Assembly (NCBI GenBank): GCA_964187785.1 | Contig: OZ076409.1 | Coordinates: forward strand, 38,752,001 to 38,816,000 | Direction of reading: 5' to 3' | Source: Amphiscolops sp. MND2022 | Lineage: Eukaryota | DNA: 64,000 bases | Shown here: in pieces, positions 24,457 through 37,577 of the stretch | How positions within the stretch are numbered: the first letter of the stretch is position 1 | Layout of the letters: every line of letters begins with the position of its first letter | Notes under the pieces: model-generated | Databases searched by the model: none | Told to the model about the DNA's origin: nothing | Seen by the model: the letters and a program-made list of their open reading frames with translations, nothing else | Made by a program: the position numbers and the translations under genes

Positions 24457-27313
24457 GACGACGGTGGATTTTGTCCGGTCATGTTGGGTATTAAGGGTTA
24501 GGGACAATTCGCCGAAAGACATTTTGTCGAATGTCAATTTGCCGAAACCCATATTTCCGAACGTGAAGGACAATTTGCCGAATTTTTTTTGGCAAATTGT
24601 CCCTCTGAATTTGCCGAATTTTGTAAGGACAATTTGCCGAATACCCAGCGTTTTCAAATAACAATGTTCTTGGGTGTCGGATATGCCCCCATTTCCCCTA
24701 GTGCCCCGCGGCCCCTTGGGGCCGCTTATGTTCCCATCTTGCTAAGCGAGGTCGAACAGGAGCAAACACCTAGCGGGCACAATGATCGCGGAGCGTGCAT
24801 ACACCGTATATGACCCCATATTATGTGAGGAGAAGTACCTAATCTATTTCCAACGCTTCGCAGGAGCAAAAAGCGGAAACGGGACATTTTGCCAAAAGAA
24901 AATTTGCCGAAACCCAATTTGCCGATCGTGAAAGACAATTTGCGGAAAGTATTCGGCAAATTGTCCCTGAGTCAATTTTCGGTAAATTGTCTTTCGGCAA
25001 ATTGTCCCGTATCCTGGTATTAACTTTTATCGCAAAATCGTCTCGCTACTATCGAAAACATCCGTGAGATTAAGTGTAGTGCGTTGTAAAAACGTTAATT
25101 TGTGCTCTGCCACGTTTATGAAAGCGTGGTATATTTTCCAGCGCAATTTCTCGACTGAGTAGAAAGTTTGTTTGGTGGATCGTAAGTTTGTAGAAAACCA
25201 GTTTGTTCAATCCAGTTTGTAGAAATGTGAGGTCCTTTTTGTAGATCTTTTCTACAAACTGGACCATGTTCTTTTTTTGAATTAGGTCCAGTTTGCAGAA
25301 TACCAGTTTGTAGAAATCATTATTTCAAAAAGAAAAACAATTAGGACTAATGTAGGAATGATGCAAAGTGTAAAACGTGCCTCGGATATGTCCCCATTTC
25401 CTCTAGTGGGCCGCGGCCCCGGTAAATGGTCACTTGGCTTAATGCCATTTGGTCTAAAGTCATTTGGCTTAATACAATTGGTCACTTGGCTTCATTTTTT
25501 TAAGCTAAGTGTCTCTAGTATTGGACACTTGGCTTAAAGTCGTTTGACTTAAAACCACTTAGTTGAAAACACGTGGCAGATTTTGTCGAATTTATCTTTA
25601 TAACGTAGTTAGCGTCAACATGTCATATCAAGTACCCCTCGGGTATGTCCCCATTTCCTCTAGTGCCCTGCGGCCCCGTTGGGCCGCTTACGTTCCCATC
25701 TTGCTAAACGAGGTGGAAGAGGAGCAAAGACCTAGCGCGAACGGAGATCGCGAAGGATGTGTGAAGGTTGTCCAGTTTGTAGAATTTAATGATCCAGTTT
25801 GTAGAAATGAATGATCCAGTTTGTAGAAAAAAACCTACAAACTTTTCCACCTAGGACCAGTTTCTAGAATTCTACAAACTGGTACTCTACAAACGACCTA
25901 ACTCCGACGTGCCCTATGACCATGCTTGAATGTTGCGGGTGGCTGTAAACAGGTCGAATTTTTCTGGTCGAAAGGACTGAGGTCGAACCTTTTGATCGAA
26001 TTACAGGGATCGAATGGAATGCGGTCGAATTTTATCGTATTTGTTGTATGGCTCGGTCGCTTCGCTCCCTTCGCCAAGTAGCAACATTGAGGCATGGCCA
26101 TAATGGCACGTCGCTCCGCTTCGCTTCGCTCCTGCATTTAGGGCACTAGGGGTATGTGAACATATCTGACTACGTTTTAAAAATTTCGATCCGAGTTGTT
26201 TCGATCCCATTCAAAAAATTTGGTATGTCGACCTGAGGACTAACTCTGATTTTCGATCCCGTTCCTTCGACCTATTTCCGCCCACCCGAATGTTGCTACT
26301 TGGCAATGGCAGCGAAGCGACCGAGCCATATAACAAATATACCAACCTCTTCTCCCAAGTTTGTTGAATTTGAGGTCAAGTTTGTAGAATTTCAGGACAA
26401 GTTTGTTGAATCGTATAGTGAGTTTGTAGAAAAAAATTCTAAAAAACTTACCCATCCATAGTAAGTCTGTAGAATCAAATGAACTTGCTTTCCACAAACT
26501 TACTATAATCTGTTTGTTCAGCAGTGCCAAAAATTTGGTTGCATTTTCAATTTTGCATTTCTCACAGGCGGAAGAAGAGCCTGTTACAGAACCCAACACA
26601 CGATGACGTCGAGGTTTTCAAATAAAGTTCTTGCCACTTTTTTGTGACTGTTTTGATGAGGCGATATTTTTGGTGTATCCAAAAGCAGGTCCATGTTGTA
26701 TTAATTTTTTGTAGAGCCTATATATTGCGTCGAGCTTCCCGACAGCATTGCCGTCGTCGGCATATTATTTTTGTGCAATCTCTGTCTTTGAGCAGTCTCA
26801 TTAGTGGTAGAAGAGCGAGTCTGTACATCGACATGGCTGATGGGTTGGTTTGATTATTCCTTCCTGCATCAGATATCATGGATCTTCGTCATCAATCAAG
26901 TGTATTGTGTATCATCATGTTGGGGGGAGAAGACACACCGGTGGTCTGCGACGAACGTAGGGAACCCCATACTAGCCACTATCCCAGTAGACCAGTAACA
27001 AAAATAACAACCAGTAAACTACTCATACCGGCTACTATCGCAGTCGACCGGTAGAAATTTTTCTTAAAGCTACAATGATATAAAGGTTTTTTTTACAAAA
27101 AAAATGTAGTAAGTATATGTTCCTTCCTGTGATAATAGATTTTTGCCGTTTACATTTCCAAGTGTAAGAGTCCTAATGTTAATAATCTTTTGCTGACTTT
27201 CGTTGGGAAAATCTAATCATGCGTTTAATTTTCGATCAATGTACTTCGTTGATCGGAATAAAGTCTTATTTTTTTATGTAGCTGATTGGGGAAGTAGGGC
27301 ACTTTCAGAAGGA

Positions 27314-30300
27314 ATGATCGAAACTGATGACATAACTGTTGATCAAGCTCAGAACTTCATCCGAATGGAGGATTTATTAGCAGCAATGGATGGCGGAACG
27401 CTTGATATGCAGAATCAACTCTGTTACTGTTGCAGTTTCATCATACAGTGCAAGTTAGTAGAATAATCTCGAAGCGATGTCCGATGTTAGAATTTCTCCG
27501 TGTTCAGTTGATTATTATATGTATTTTATATTATTTCTTTCATCCCATATTCGTGGGGAAATTGTCTTCTAATTCACAACAGTAGATTGACAAGTAGTCG
27601 AATACTCATTTAATCTACAGGTCAATGAAAACTAATATGATCAAGTTGAACTCCAGGTCTTGTAAAATTTTTTTCATCGCAATTGTTTACTCATTTCTAG
27701 AGTCTTGACACCGCGAAGTAGCGAATTAGCGGCCGTTCAGCAATTCAAATTAGTGGTAACTAATGTAACCTCCAAAATCAAAATTTCCTCAAAATCTTAT
27801 ACAGTGTTTGAAGTTTAATTTCAAAAATTTTCAACTCCTACTGTAAAACCCACAGTTTAAAAATTCGAGTCTGCTTATCTTGCAAAACTATATCAAGTTA
27901 TTCAATTTTGTCTAACAATTAATAGTTCGGAGACATTTTTCAGCGAAACAGCGATTTTTAAATTAGCGGAAAGATAAGCGATGTCAAAACCCTTTTGTTT
28001 ACTCATCGATTGCTTCGCTGATCTATCAATACTGCTGTTCCAGTGACTGTCTGGGACTCTTTCGATCTCTACCGAAGTTCTTCATTCATAAGGAAGAATC
28101 CTGTTTCACCGACAAAAGTTGCGAAGACGAGTTGAGTTAGTTGTTTCTCATTGGTCAATTAATTACTATCGGATGAACAACAGATGGGGCACAGTGACCA
28201 TTTGATGTTTTTCTTCTCTTCGGATAAACATATAACAGTTTCCAAAAGTAGCTTAACAACAAGCCGGGACCGGCCCAAGTCGGCGCCATATCCAAGGCTC
28301 AAAAATAGCAAAAAGACTTCCAAGTGTCAAGTATTCTCTTTTACAGTACTCGAAAATCGAAAATTTTTTGAAAAAAAATTTCGAAAAAACTACATACTAA
28401 AAAAATGGACCGAGTGGCGCGCTAAAGTCTCACAATGCCGAAAAACTGAAGGGGGGACCCTTTGAGGTTTTTCAACATCCATTCTGTCGCAAAACATGAA
28501 AAAATTGAATAAAACAAAAATTTTTATTTTCGGGAAAAAATCTCACAATGCCGAAAAACTGAAAGGGGGACCCTTTGAGGTTTTTCAACATCCATTCTGT
28601 CGCAAAACATGAAAAAATTGAATAAAATGAAAATTTTTATTTTCGGGAAAAAATCTCACAATGCCGAAAAAACTGAAAGGGGGGACCCTTTGGGATTTTT
28701 CAACATCCATTGTCGCAAAAGATCAAAAAAATGCAGGGGGACCCTTTGGGGGAAAATTTTTTTTCGAAAAAAAGTCTCGCAGTGCCGAAAAAAAATGAAA
28801 GGGGTGACCCTTTGGTCTCGCCCGGTATGGTATGTTACGCGGAAAAACAGGAAAAACTCTTTTGGTTCAGTTCGCTAGGCCAAATAGTGCCATTTGGTGC
28901 AATAATATTTTGTAGAACTTTTAAGAACTATTTTGGTCAGTTCGTGTGGATAGGAAAAAAGAGTCACTATAATAGTCGCGTTTCACTTCATGAAGCGCCG
29001 ACTAAAAATACATGTAAGCGAAAGATATTATTGAATTTAGTTATAGCCTTGAAAACAGTTCGCTGTAGAAAAATAATTCCTTTATTATTAATTAAAGCGA
29101 TTACTTTGCAAGTTGGTCAACTCATTGATCGATATACAAGCAGTCTTCAATATTTTCTTGTAGCGGTATGATGAGTTTTTCAGAGACTTTTTTGGTGAAA
29201 ATTGGCATTCGTTTTACGGTTTTTGCTCACTGAATTGTGAAGATTTAAAATAAAATTATACTATCGCACTTCTCACTACTTCAGAAACTAATACCCTTTT
29301 GTATCTTTTGGACCTTTTGAATCTTTCTACGCACTTCAAGTTTGTTGAAACGCAAGCCCATATTGATATAATTTATTCGAAGCGTCTTAGGTTTTGTTAA
29401 CTAGTCTAACTAGTTTTTGTTTCAATAGCAGCAAATGAAGATTATGCTGCCAGTTTTGAAGCTTCCCAGAAGTCTTCAGTGTTGACCTCTGATCAGTTGG
29501 CACAGAGTGACAACAATGCTGATGTGTTTTTGGAAACAGTGGCGTCATCTGAAGAGCAGACACCAGTGGAAAACAGTAAATCAGACTGCCTAGATCTTGG
29601 ATTTGCTCCCGAAAACATATCTACGTCTGATGGTAAGTTTTCTCTAACCTTCTTATATTTTTTCGCAGCAAAATTCTCAAGTTGACCGTGTGAACTGAAA
29701 CTGTTTGTTAACAAAACCTGCTGTAGTCATGTTGCTGGACATGTCATAGTATGTTAAAGTTGAGTATGCGTTGCTAGCTGCATAGCCTCCTTGCAGCGCC
29801 CAGTAACGGTTACATTTAAAATATCGAATTCCATGATAAGTTGGGAGAATTAAAGAAAAGAACAAAAACTGCTCGTCTAAGAATAAAAATCAAGTCAAGA
29901 ATTGCTCGTTAAAGAGTACCCTGTGGAGGTGTCATTGTGACTGCCTCTCATTTTCTACTGTTGCTGCAATTGCAGAATCAGTCATTTCAGCTTGAGTGTA
30001 TGGCACCCACAAAGGCACAACCGATATTTTCGGAGGTCAACCTTTACTTTCATTCTTATGTAGCCCATTCCATCAGAAAATTGTCTTCGCTCAGCTTGAA
30101 CGCGAGCGGGTCCTGACCTTTGAGGCAGCTCTTCGGGTGGTTACAAAAATTATTGTGTCAGTAACCCTGACAATATTCATCTTCTGTCAAGAAAAGTATT
30201 TATGGGTCGCCGATTGCGTAAGGTTTTCAAAGCTCAACGTGGTTTCATCTGATTTTGCTGAAAACATGTGGAAGTTTAATGAAGAAGTCCACAATCTGTG

Positions 30301-31487
30301 GTATTGATTGCAGAGTAGTTTTTCTATGCTTCTTGTTTAAATTCTCATTAATTGCTAATTCAATTTGTAAAAAGTTTGCGTTTTTTCAAGGTTTTACAAA
30401 TGAAAGTGCACACAAAGAAAGGAGCTCAGAAACGAAGAAAGAGGAGGCCGCGGAAATGATGGAAGAAAGCATGCTGACACGAGAATCAACCAACGACCTT
30501 GATGACACCCCTTTCATCGCAATGCTTGTGGAGTGCGAGTTTTGTTCGGAATTATTTCAGTCCGAGGAAGAAAGGCTGGAGCACATGGCCATCGAATGTC
30601 CTTACGCTGAACCAGTCCAGTATCGTCGCAAGTACGACGACATTGGGGCGGACATTGACGACGGTGAATTATCTCCGAAGCGAAGAAAAGTGGCATACGA
30701 GCAAGATGATGATTTCGAGATACAGCCGAACGTTAAACAAAAGTTCGAAAAGAAGCTAGTTAACCTTTATTGCGAAATTTGCGACCGGCAGTTCAAAAGT
30801 TCAGCGGCCGCGACCAAACATCGCAAAAAAGTTCACAAGGATGGCGAGCTATTCGTCAGTCCGAGCATAAATTCATTCGAGTGCTCCGAGTGTTTCAAAA
30901 ATTACGCAACGAAGAAAAATCTAGAGCGTCACAGAGCTTTTGTTCATGGGTTGACATCTTCTGTAGCTATTCCAGATAAGACCTCCAACAAAAGTAAATC
31001 GACCCAAAGTAGAAAAGAACGGAAAGAAGTTGACTTGAATAACCAAGAGAATACTTCCCCTGTACCAGATGGGGATTCAAGTAGTGTGAAACCAACCAAA
31101 AAGCAAGTATACCATGATTTTTCAACCCCACGCATTTCGGATGAAGAACTTTTGATATATTACGACCATGACACCAAGCAATGCTTAATATGCTGTGGTC
31201 ATTTTGACACTTTAAAAGCAATAAGAAATCATATCAAATATGCTCACGCTGAACACGTGTCCTCTGAAGACATAGTTTTGGAATCCCACGCCAACCGTCT
31301 TCAGAACGAAGTGGCTTCTTTCCCTGAAGAAATGCCTTCCACTCTTCCTGATAGCTACTCTTCCTCCAAATCCAACACCACGGGAGATCGCAATTACGTT
31401 TGTTCTTTGTGTGGAAAACACTTTTACGTCTTACAGGAATACGAAACTCACATTGCTCTGCCACACAAAATAGCAATTAAATCATGA
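27314..31487 (+). CDS. Spliced gene: dispersed C2H2 zinc-finger protein, possibly with a divergent BTB/POZ-like N-terminus
   Basis: Last exon 30391-31487 (acceptor TTTTTTCAAG) has five fingers (CEFC..HMAIEC, CEIC..H..H, CSEC..H..H, CLIC..H..H, CSLC..H..H) and NLS SPKRRKV. Exon 29429-29632 (donor GTAAGT) is phase-matched. Upstream exons 27314-27453, 27621-27656, 27701-27755, 27805-27842 and 28044-28135 join GT-AG in one open frame but are less certain. Confidence 0.78.
28258..29008 (+). mobile_element. Non-autonomous Helentron/DINE-1-like element (HINE) in the ZnF gene intron
   Basis: End 1: AACAA-GCCGG GA CCGGC hairpin followed by subterminal IR AGTCGGCGC. End 2: GCGCCGACT-AAAAA. Central ~115-120-bp tandem repeats (TCTCACAATGCCGAAAAACTGAAAGGGGGACCCTTTG..). 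No TSD. Confidence 0.8.
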
Positions 31488-31834
31488 AACCCAATTTATT
31501 TTTTTTCAAATTCGTAGTAGGTTAATATTGTTTCTATTTTGTGAAATATAATTTATTATTGTAGCAAATTGAATTTTCTTCAAATTACTGTTTAATTATT
31601 AGCATTTTGAATGGCGTTTCATTTGCGCTTTTCGGCTATCATTTCAAATTGCGAAAGCACTAAGACCAACATACGTTCTAATGCTTGATTTCCGGTGTCC
31701 CTAGTACTAACAAACTTCACAAGGGTAAAGAAGATTTACTTGATACTATTCGATACTTGATACTATTCGAACGTGGAAATCTAATCCAGTTTCTATTATG
31801 TCACTTGGGATCGATGATTAATGACCGCAGTATG

Positions 31835-31941
31835 ACTCCTGGGTCTTTTGCGTTAATTGGTAATACAAAATTTTACTGCGATTCGAAGTTCGAATCGCAG
31901 TAAAATTTTGTATTACCAATTAACGCAAAAGACCCAGGAGT
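31835..31941. repeat. Perfect 107-bp palindrome (53-bp arms, 1-nt centre)
   Basis: ACTCCTGGGTCTTTTGCG..ATTCGAA g TTCGAAT..CGCAAAAGACCCAGGAGT. Confidence 0.97.
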
Positions 31942-33852
31942 AAAAGTCAGGGGTGTTTTTTTGAAATCAAACAAAAATTATAACACCTTATTTTTGACTT
32001 TTAGCATTTTACAAAATTTATCATGCCAATTCTGAAAACCCGCCGTTCGTAACAATGCGACCCACTCAAGTATCAAAAACTTTTTTCCCAACTGCAAACA
32101 ACAAAAAACCCATTTTTTGGAAAATTCTTTCTTCGGAGAAAATCATAGTGCCGAAAATGGACCTTTAAGGGGACACTATAGAGAAAATGTTTAACAAATT
32201 TCCAGTACCAAAAATACCCGAAAGACTCGAAAACTGCGTTTTTCGTAACTCGAAACATTAAAAAACATTTGATTTTTTTCTCATTTCATTTTTTTCTGAG
32301 TCTCTGCCGAAAAACCCAAAAGAAGACCCCTTATGTTTGCAAGATTCTTTTTTGCAAGCCGGCAGCATGCACGAAAGTGAAGGGGTACACTTTTACCGTA
32401 CAATTTTTTTCGTCTCACCGAACGTGGCACCCTTTGCTCGCAAAACGCTTTGTTGCTGCTAAAAATCAACTAATTTCGATGAAAGAAATTATGGAAAAAA
32501 ATGTCCCAGAGTGACGAAAAAATTTTCGAACCTTTGCCTCCTCCTTAGTAAAACTAAAGCAGTTCACTTCGGATACAACGTCATAGCTCGGATATAGCGC
32601 AATTCCACCTTTTTTGGTGAAACGCAACCCACTTCGTATATAACGTCAATAACATTGAAAATTTCTCCACCGTTATATCTAGTATGGGCTGCGTTATTGT
32701 CGAACGGGACCCTTTAGCACTTTTTACAGTTTAAGTGTAGCATGTAAATACCCAAAAGAGGCTTTGCCAACTTCTAGAACTATTTTGGCTTGTTCAGATG
32801 TATCGAAGAAAAAACGACGAAAAGACATCAATTTTCTAAAAAGCGCTAAAATGCCTGTGACAAACGTTTTACCTTTGATTCCGATCAATAACTTCTGACT
32901 TGAACACTTTTAAACACTTCCTCTAAAAACACCCTTGAATTTTAGTCCCTTGGAATAATGTTTCGGCGGAATTACAACTGTTTTCAGCTGTTGATTTTGC
33001 TTCTTTGAAAGCATATTCGGAAAGTGTTAAATTTGGAAGTTAAAACTGGTTTTCTTTTGACCAGTTGTTTCTGATATATTGCGTAATAGAGTCCAAAAAA
33101 TTTCAAAACTCGAAATGCCACGTGATTTGGCTTTTAAAATGTAGGTTCGACTTCAAAACAAAAATTACCGTTGTAATTCTGAACAAAATATGAGTAGCTT
33201 TTGCTCCTTAGACTTTTTTGTAAAATGTATTTATTAAGAGATTTTGCGCTGTGAAAATTTTCTTTGGCTAAATCGAGTGTTTTCAGCATTTTGGTACCTA
33301 GTGTAAAGCGAATAAGGTTCATTTTTTATCGTTCGTTGATAGCTTCGCCCGCATTCGAATGAAAACCCTTTTTAAAACTACAAAATCTCAGTCCAAAAGA
33401 AAGTTTAGGAGGATTGCAATTGAAATTACGAAGTTCGCACTGTAGTAACACTAGTTGAATCTGCTTTGAAGTTTTTCATGCTGTTCAAGGCTATTTTTTG
33501 CGTGGAAAATATGGAAATTTCCGTGAGCTTGCTTGGAAAAACTCTGTAAGATTGCAATGCCGCTTCCACTATTTCAATCAAAGCTAAATTTTTCCACTGT
33601 CTAGAACACTGTTTTCACATCAACATTGAACACACACTAGTTTCTCATGCGTGGTATTTATGTAACCACTGTCAGTCGAACTGCAAGCTGAATATGACGC
33701 TACTTGGAAACTTCCCAAATTTAGGATGCATTTTAGTGGTAGCTTGATTGAATTCAATTGAATCAATGAAAATTTGATCCATGGAAGTTTTCTTGATTTC
33801 TAAAAACTCATGATAAATTAGCTTGGCAACCCTCAGAAACCAGGGAAAATTT

Positions 33853-34267
33853 AATAAGACGGGAATGCCTAAATTCGGCGCTATATCTAAGTCTCAAAAA
33901 GCGCAAAGTTTTTAAAATTGTAAAAAGGGGAAGGGACCCTTTCGGCTTTTTGAAAGTCAAGTTTGTTGGAAAATATATAAAAAAATGGAAGGGGGACCCT
34001 TTGGCGACAAAAAAATTTGGAAAAAGTTGCACAGTCCCGGAAAAAATCAAATGGGGGACCCTATAGTCTCGTCCGGTTTTGTATCCTACGTTAAAATGTG
34101 AGTCAATGAAAGGGGGACCCTTTGCACCAACTTAGATGTTTCCGTTTGCTGGTCCAGTAATTTAGTAGTTCTGTAAAAAGTGTCAACTACGCATACATTG
34201 TTATCTGACGAAAAAAACGCCACCGTAATAGTCGGGCTCATTTTGTTAAAATGCACCGACGAAAAAT
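33853..34267 (+). mobile_element. Diverged HINE copy
   Basis: AATTCGGCGCTATATCTAAGTCTCAAAAA near the start, GGGGGACCCTTT modules, end ..GCACCGACGAAAAA. Confidence 0.65.
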
Positions 34268-35887
34268 TGAAATTGGTTCAAGAAGGCTATTTGGTAGATT
34301 TGGAAGATTTACCTCCTGGAATCTTTATGGGTTAATCTTATTTTGAAAATGTATAGAATTGATAGATAATCTTTTTGAACTATATTCGCAAAATTTTGCA
34401 GCTGCAGTTACTCAGCCCCGGAGGTGCCGATTTTCCGACTTTAACTATTTGAGTATCATTAGAAATTCATGTGTAGCGTTTTTGTTTTGGAACCTCAAAC
34501 CTGCCGGGATAATTAGTGAGCATGAAATGAATGAAAATAGACACGTTGACCTTCATTTCTTGTTTTTTAAAGGTGACCTTCGTTTTTCTAGAACATGGCA
34601 GAACGGCTGCATGGAGTCAATAATATTGAATTATTGATTTCAGTCCATCTCTTCAAATCCACCATCTGTATTCTCGCTGAGAAATCATTACATTGATTTT
34701 TTGAAAAGCTGTAAAAGGTGTGTAAAATTTTAGCCATGGGGAGGTTTCCAGACTCCCAGATTTAGGGGCCACAAAAAAAAAGAAAAAATGTGTGCAACTT
34801 CTAGTTTGGGGAAGAAATCTACGACTTGAAAGCAATAATTGCTATTCACAAACTGGATGTGAAACAAGTTTTCAGTGCTGAAATCGAATGCTGAATTCAA
34901 TTTTTGTTAAAAACTAACATATGTTTTAAGTTCTTTTGTTGCATGACTTTTTGACGTGAGGATTTGTTAAAGACCACAAATGCTTCTCAGCTCGAATGGA
35001 AAGCGTCAACGCGTTCCTGATCCAGAAAAAACAGAATGTGAAGAAGGACAAATACTTTATTGTAAGGCCAGACATTGTGGATGTAAAAATTGACATTAAG
35101 CATTGGAAGTGACTGGAACGGAAACCGAAAACTGGAAGTTTAACTAAAAACGAATTTCTGAAAATTCATATTTCAAAAAACTGCAATTCGGAACAATTCA
35201 GTTGAGAACACTTTTTGTGAGCCTCAATCTTGGAAAAGTACTGCAGAACTGTTTTTACCATGCCCTAATAAACGAAACATTTCTGTAACACCAATTTAAG
35301 ACTCGGGGGAAAATTTTTCAGGCGCAGATGTTGCTGAAACGAATTGGTCTGGTATATCCACTGATGGTTTCACCCTGTTGACTGTTGATACCAATTCACT
35401 CGAAAACGCGGGCATGGGACCGGTATTCATTGAAGCCCAACTGTATCGTGAAATCTCGAGGTCATATCAATATTTGATGTACATCGCTCACTGAAAAATA
35501 ACTGGATGACCTTAATGTAACGTCCGCTAAGATATAAATGCAGCTGTGAAAAAACGCAAAAAATAGTTTCTCAAGACAAGTTGATTGTGGAATATCTTTG
35601 CAATATTGAAATTTGATGAGAACAAACTATTTAAAGCTATGACCAAAATGTATGACCTGGAGACAATATTAAATATCAAATCGAGTTTTCGATTACTCGC
35701 TCTGCTTCAGATTGGGTTTTCGTAAGTTCGGTACTCGTTTTCGACTGAATCAAATAACACTGTTGAGGATTTCAGTGCAATTCAAGATCAATAATGTGAC
35801 TTCTTCGTACTTCAACCTGTTTCGTGGCTGTATTTTTGGTTGACACATTTAGTTGGGACTTTTTGAATGAAGGCACGAAGGCGGATA

Positions 35888-35963
35888 GGACGATCAGTTG
35901 GTCTAGTTGGTGGAGAGTTGGCTTCCGAAGCAGGAGAACGCAGTTCGAATTTTGCTAGTGTCC
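35888..35963 (+). other. Degenerate tRNA-like sequence (pseudo-tRNA or SINE head)
   Basis: A-box-like TGGTCTAGTTGG and B-box GTTCGAAT at tRNA spacing, GGAC..GTCC ends; stems pair poorly. Confidence 0.4.
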
Positions 35964-36763
35964 TAAGAGAGAACTGAAACAATTAAAATGCTATGCGGAA
36001 GTGACAACACATTTCTGAGAAATGTATCTTGTTTAGCCGAATTATTTAACCATGCATTCAAAAAGGTGATCTCGTTTGTCAAAAACATCAATTGAACTCC
36101 CCCGAGAAGCTTGTTGGTTCAAATCGAACAACTGAAGTTTAAGCAACCCCATGGAAAACTAATAGAAGAGATCAGAAAAACAGATTCATGAATCATGAAC
36201 AAGGCTAAACATGAAGTGTTGGAAATGTAAATCGAACATTGCATGGTAACATTGGTATGAGAACGAACAAAAATGCCATTAATGAACAAGAAACAATCAA
36301 CACAGCGTGTACGCATGTATTCGTATCGTTTTATTTAATCAGCGCCCGATTAACGAAGATTTTCATAGATGACAAAAATTCAGCCCGGAAGAAAAAAATG
36401 GAAGATTTGGTTTGAATTATATGGAGAAATTTTCGGAGAAAAACAAAAAAGCTATCGTCCAAAGCATTCATTCCAGGTGATTTTTCTGACCGTTCCGAAA
36501 TTTTTCATCGTAACATAAACGGTCCTCGTTGTAGAATGCTACTTCATGCCATTTTGACGAGAATCAACAGTTGAAAGTTGATTTTCGAAAAACTTTTCTT
36601 TGCAAAGCGTTTCAAATTTTCAAATAATTTGTGTGCTAGCCATTAAAACGACAGAGAAGAAATATGATACCTTTTTCATCCCAATTCGTCAAAACGTCAA
36701 GAAAGTTAGACAATCTTCATTTAAAATGGACAAACTTCAACCAGTTTGATCAAACATCAAGCA

Positions 36764-37577
36764 CCCAGGTTTTCGATCTTTGCGAATCTGTGCAGATCTG
36801 CAGGATTTTTGCAGATCTTTGCAGATATGTGCAGATTCGAAGAAAAATGACCTACTTAGAAACACAATAGAAACCCCACAGCAATGTCAAACGAATAATA
36901 AAAATGTTTAAAACCCAATAGAAATTTATGTCAAAATGATGAAACATTTTTCTGCAGCAATCTGTACAGATCTGTAGAGTTTTGCAGATCTTTACAGATC
37001 CAAACAATGAGCAGTAAATTACTATAACGTATTCCGAGTTACCAGAAATTATTTGAATTAGTCCAACAAACCATTTTCCCGAAATATTACAACAACAACA
37101 CTTTATCAACACATCTACCAAGCCAGAAGGGCGCCACATGTCAAATTTCATCCGTCAAAACGAAGTCAATAAGGCAAACAAGCTTCTCAAAGTTCAACAA
37201 CCACTTCTGGAAAGTTCAAGTGAAATGGATAAATCACGGTGTATAACCAATACGGCGCATTCTCCAGTCACCAAAACTCCTATGATGGGAACACATTTTC
37301 CTTCTCGAGAATTTTGAGTGATCGAGAGTATCAACCGACTGAGCCTTGGTCAGCTAAAATAGTTGAAGTAAAAGAAGTCCAAAAATGCAGTGTATTAGTT
37401 CCTTAGAAGCTGCAGAAAAACATATTTCTGCAAAAATCTATAAAGAAAATCTGCACACTTCTGTAAAGATCTTGCAGATCTGTATGGATCTTCAAGATTC
37501 AGTGCAACGATCTTTGCAGAACCCTGCAGAAAGAATCCTGCAGATCTGTACAGATTTGCAAAGATCGAAAACCTGGG
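36764..37577. mobile_element. MITE with long TIRs, apparently nested inside an older inverted-repeat element (~36670-38050)
   Basis: CCCAGGTTTTCGATCTTTGCGAATCTGTGCAGATCTGCAGGAT .. ATCCTGCAGATCTGTACAGATTTGCAAAGATCGAAAACCTGGG, with subterminal GCAGATCT repeats; outer TTTTTCATCC(C)AATT..AATTGGATGAAAAAA pair. Confidence 0.8.

Larger units (their letters stand above)
4800..25676 (+). repeat. Tandem duplication of a ~10.44-kb unit (4800-15228 / 15238-25676)
   Basis: TCACAAATGCCCGGCATTGGG at 4801 and 15238; identical ORFs (e.g. 6320 vs 16759, 5534 vs 15972) at an offset of ~10438-10448; shared inactivating mutations. Confidence 0.96.

Noticed and set aside
28184..29171. ORFs of 89-189 aa such as ..KKWTEWRAKVSQCRKTE.. 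(also at 45328-45950 and 49476-50169)
   Set aside because: Translations of the non-coding HINE repeat; frames differ between copies and no domain is present.
30255..30390. N-terminal 45 aa of the 410-aa ORF (MLKTCGSLMKK..)
   Set aside because: Lies upstream of a good splice acceptor at 30390; likely intron read-through rather than coding.
35255..35495. Exon-like stretch open on both strands (ADVAETNWSGISTDG.. / ..SRYSWASMNTGPMPAF..)
   Set aside because: No recognisable domain or partner exons; the strand cannot be decided without transcripts.
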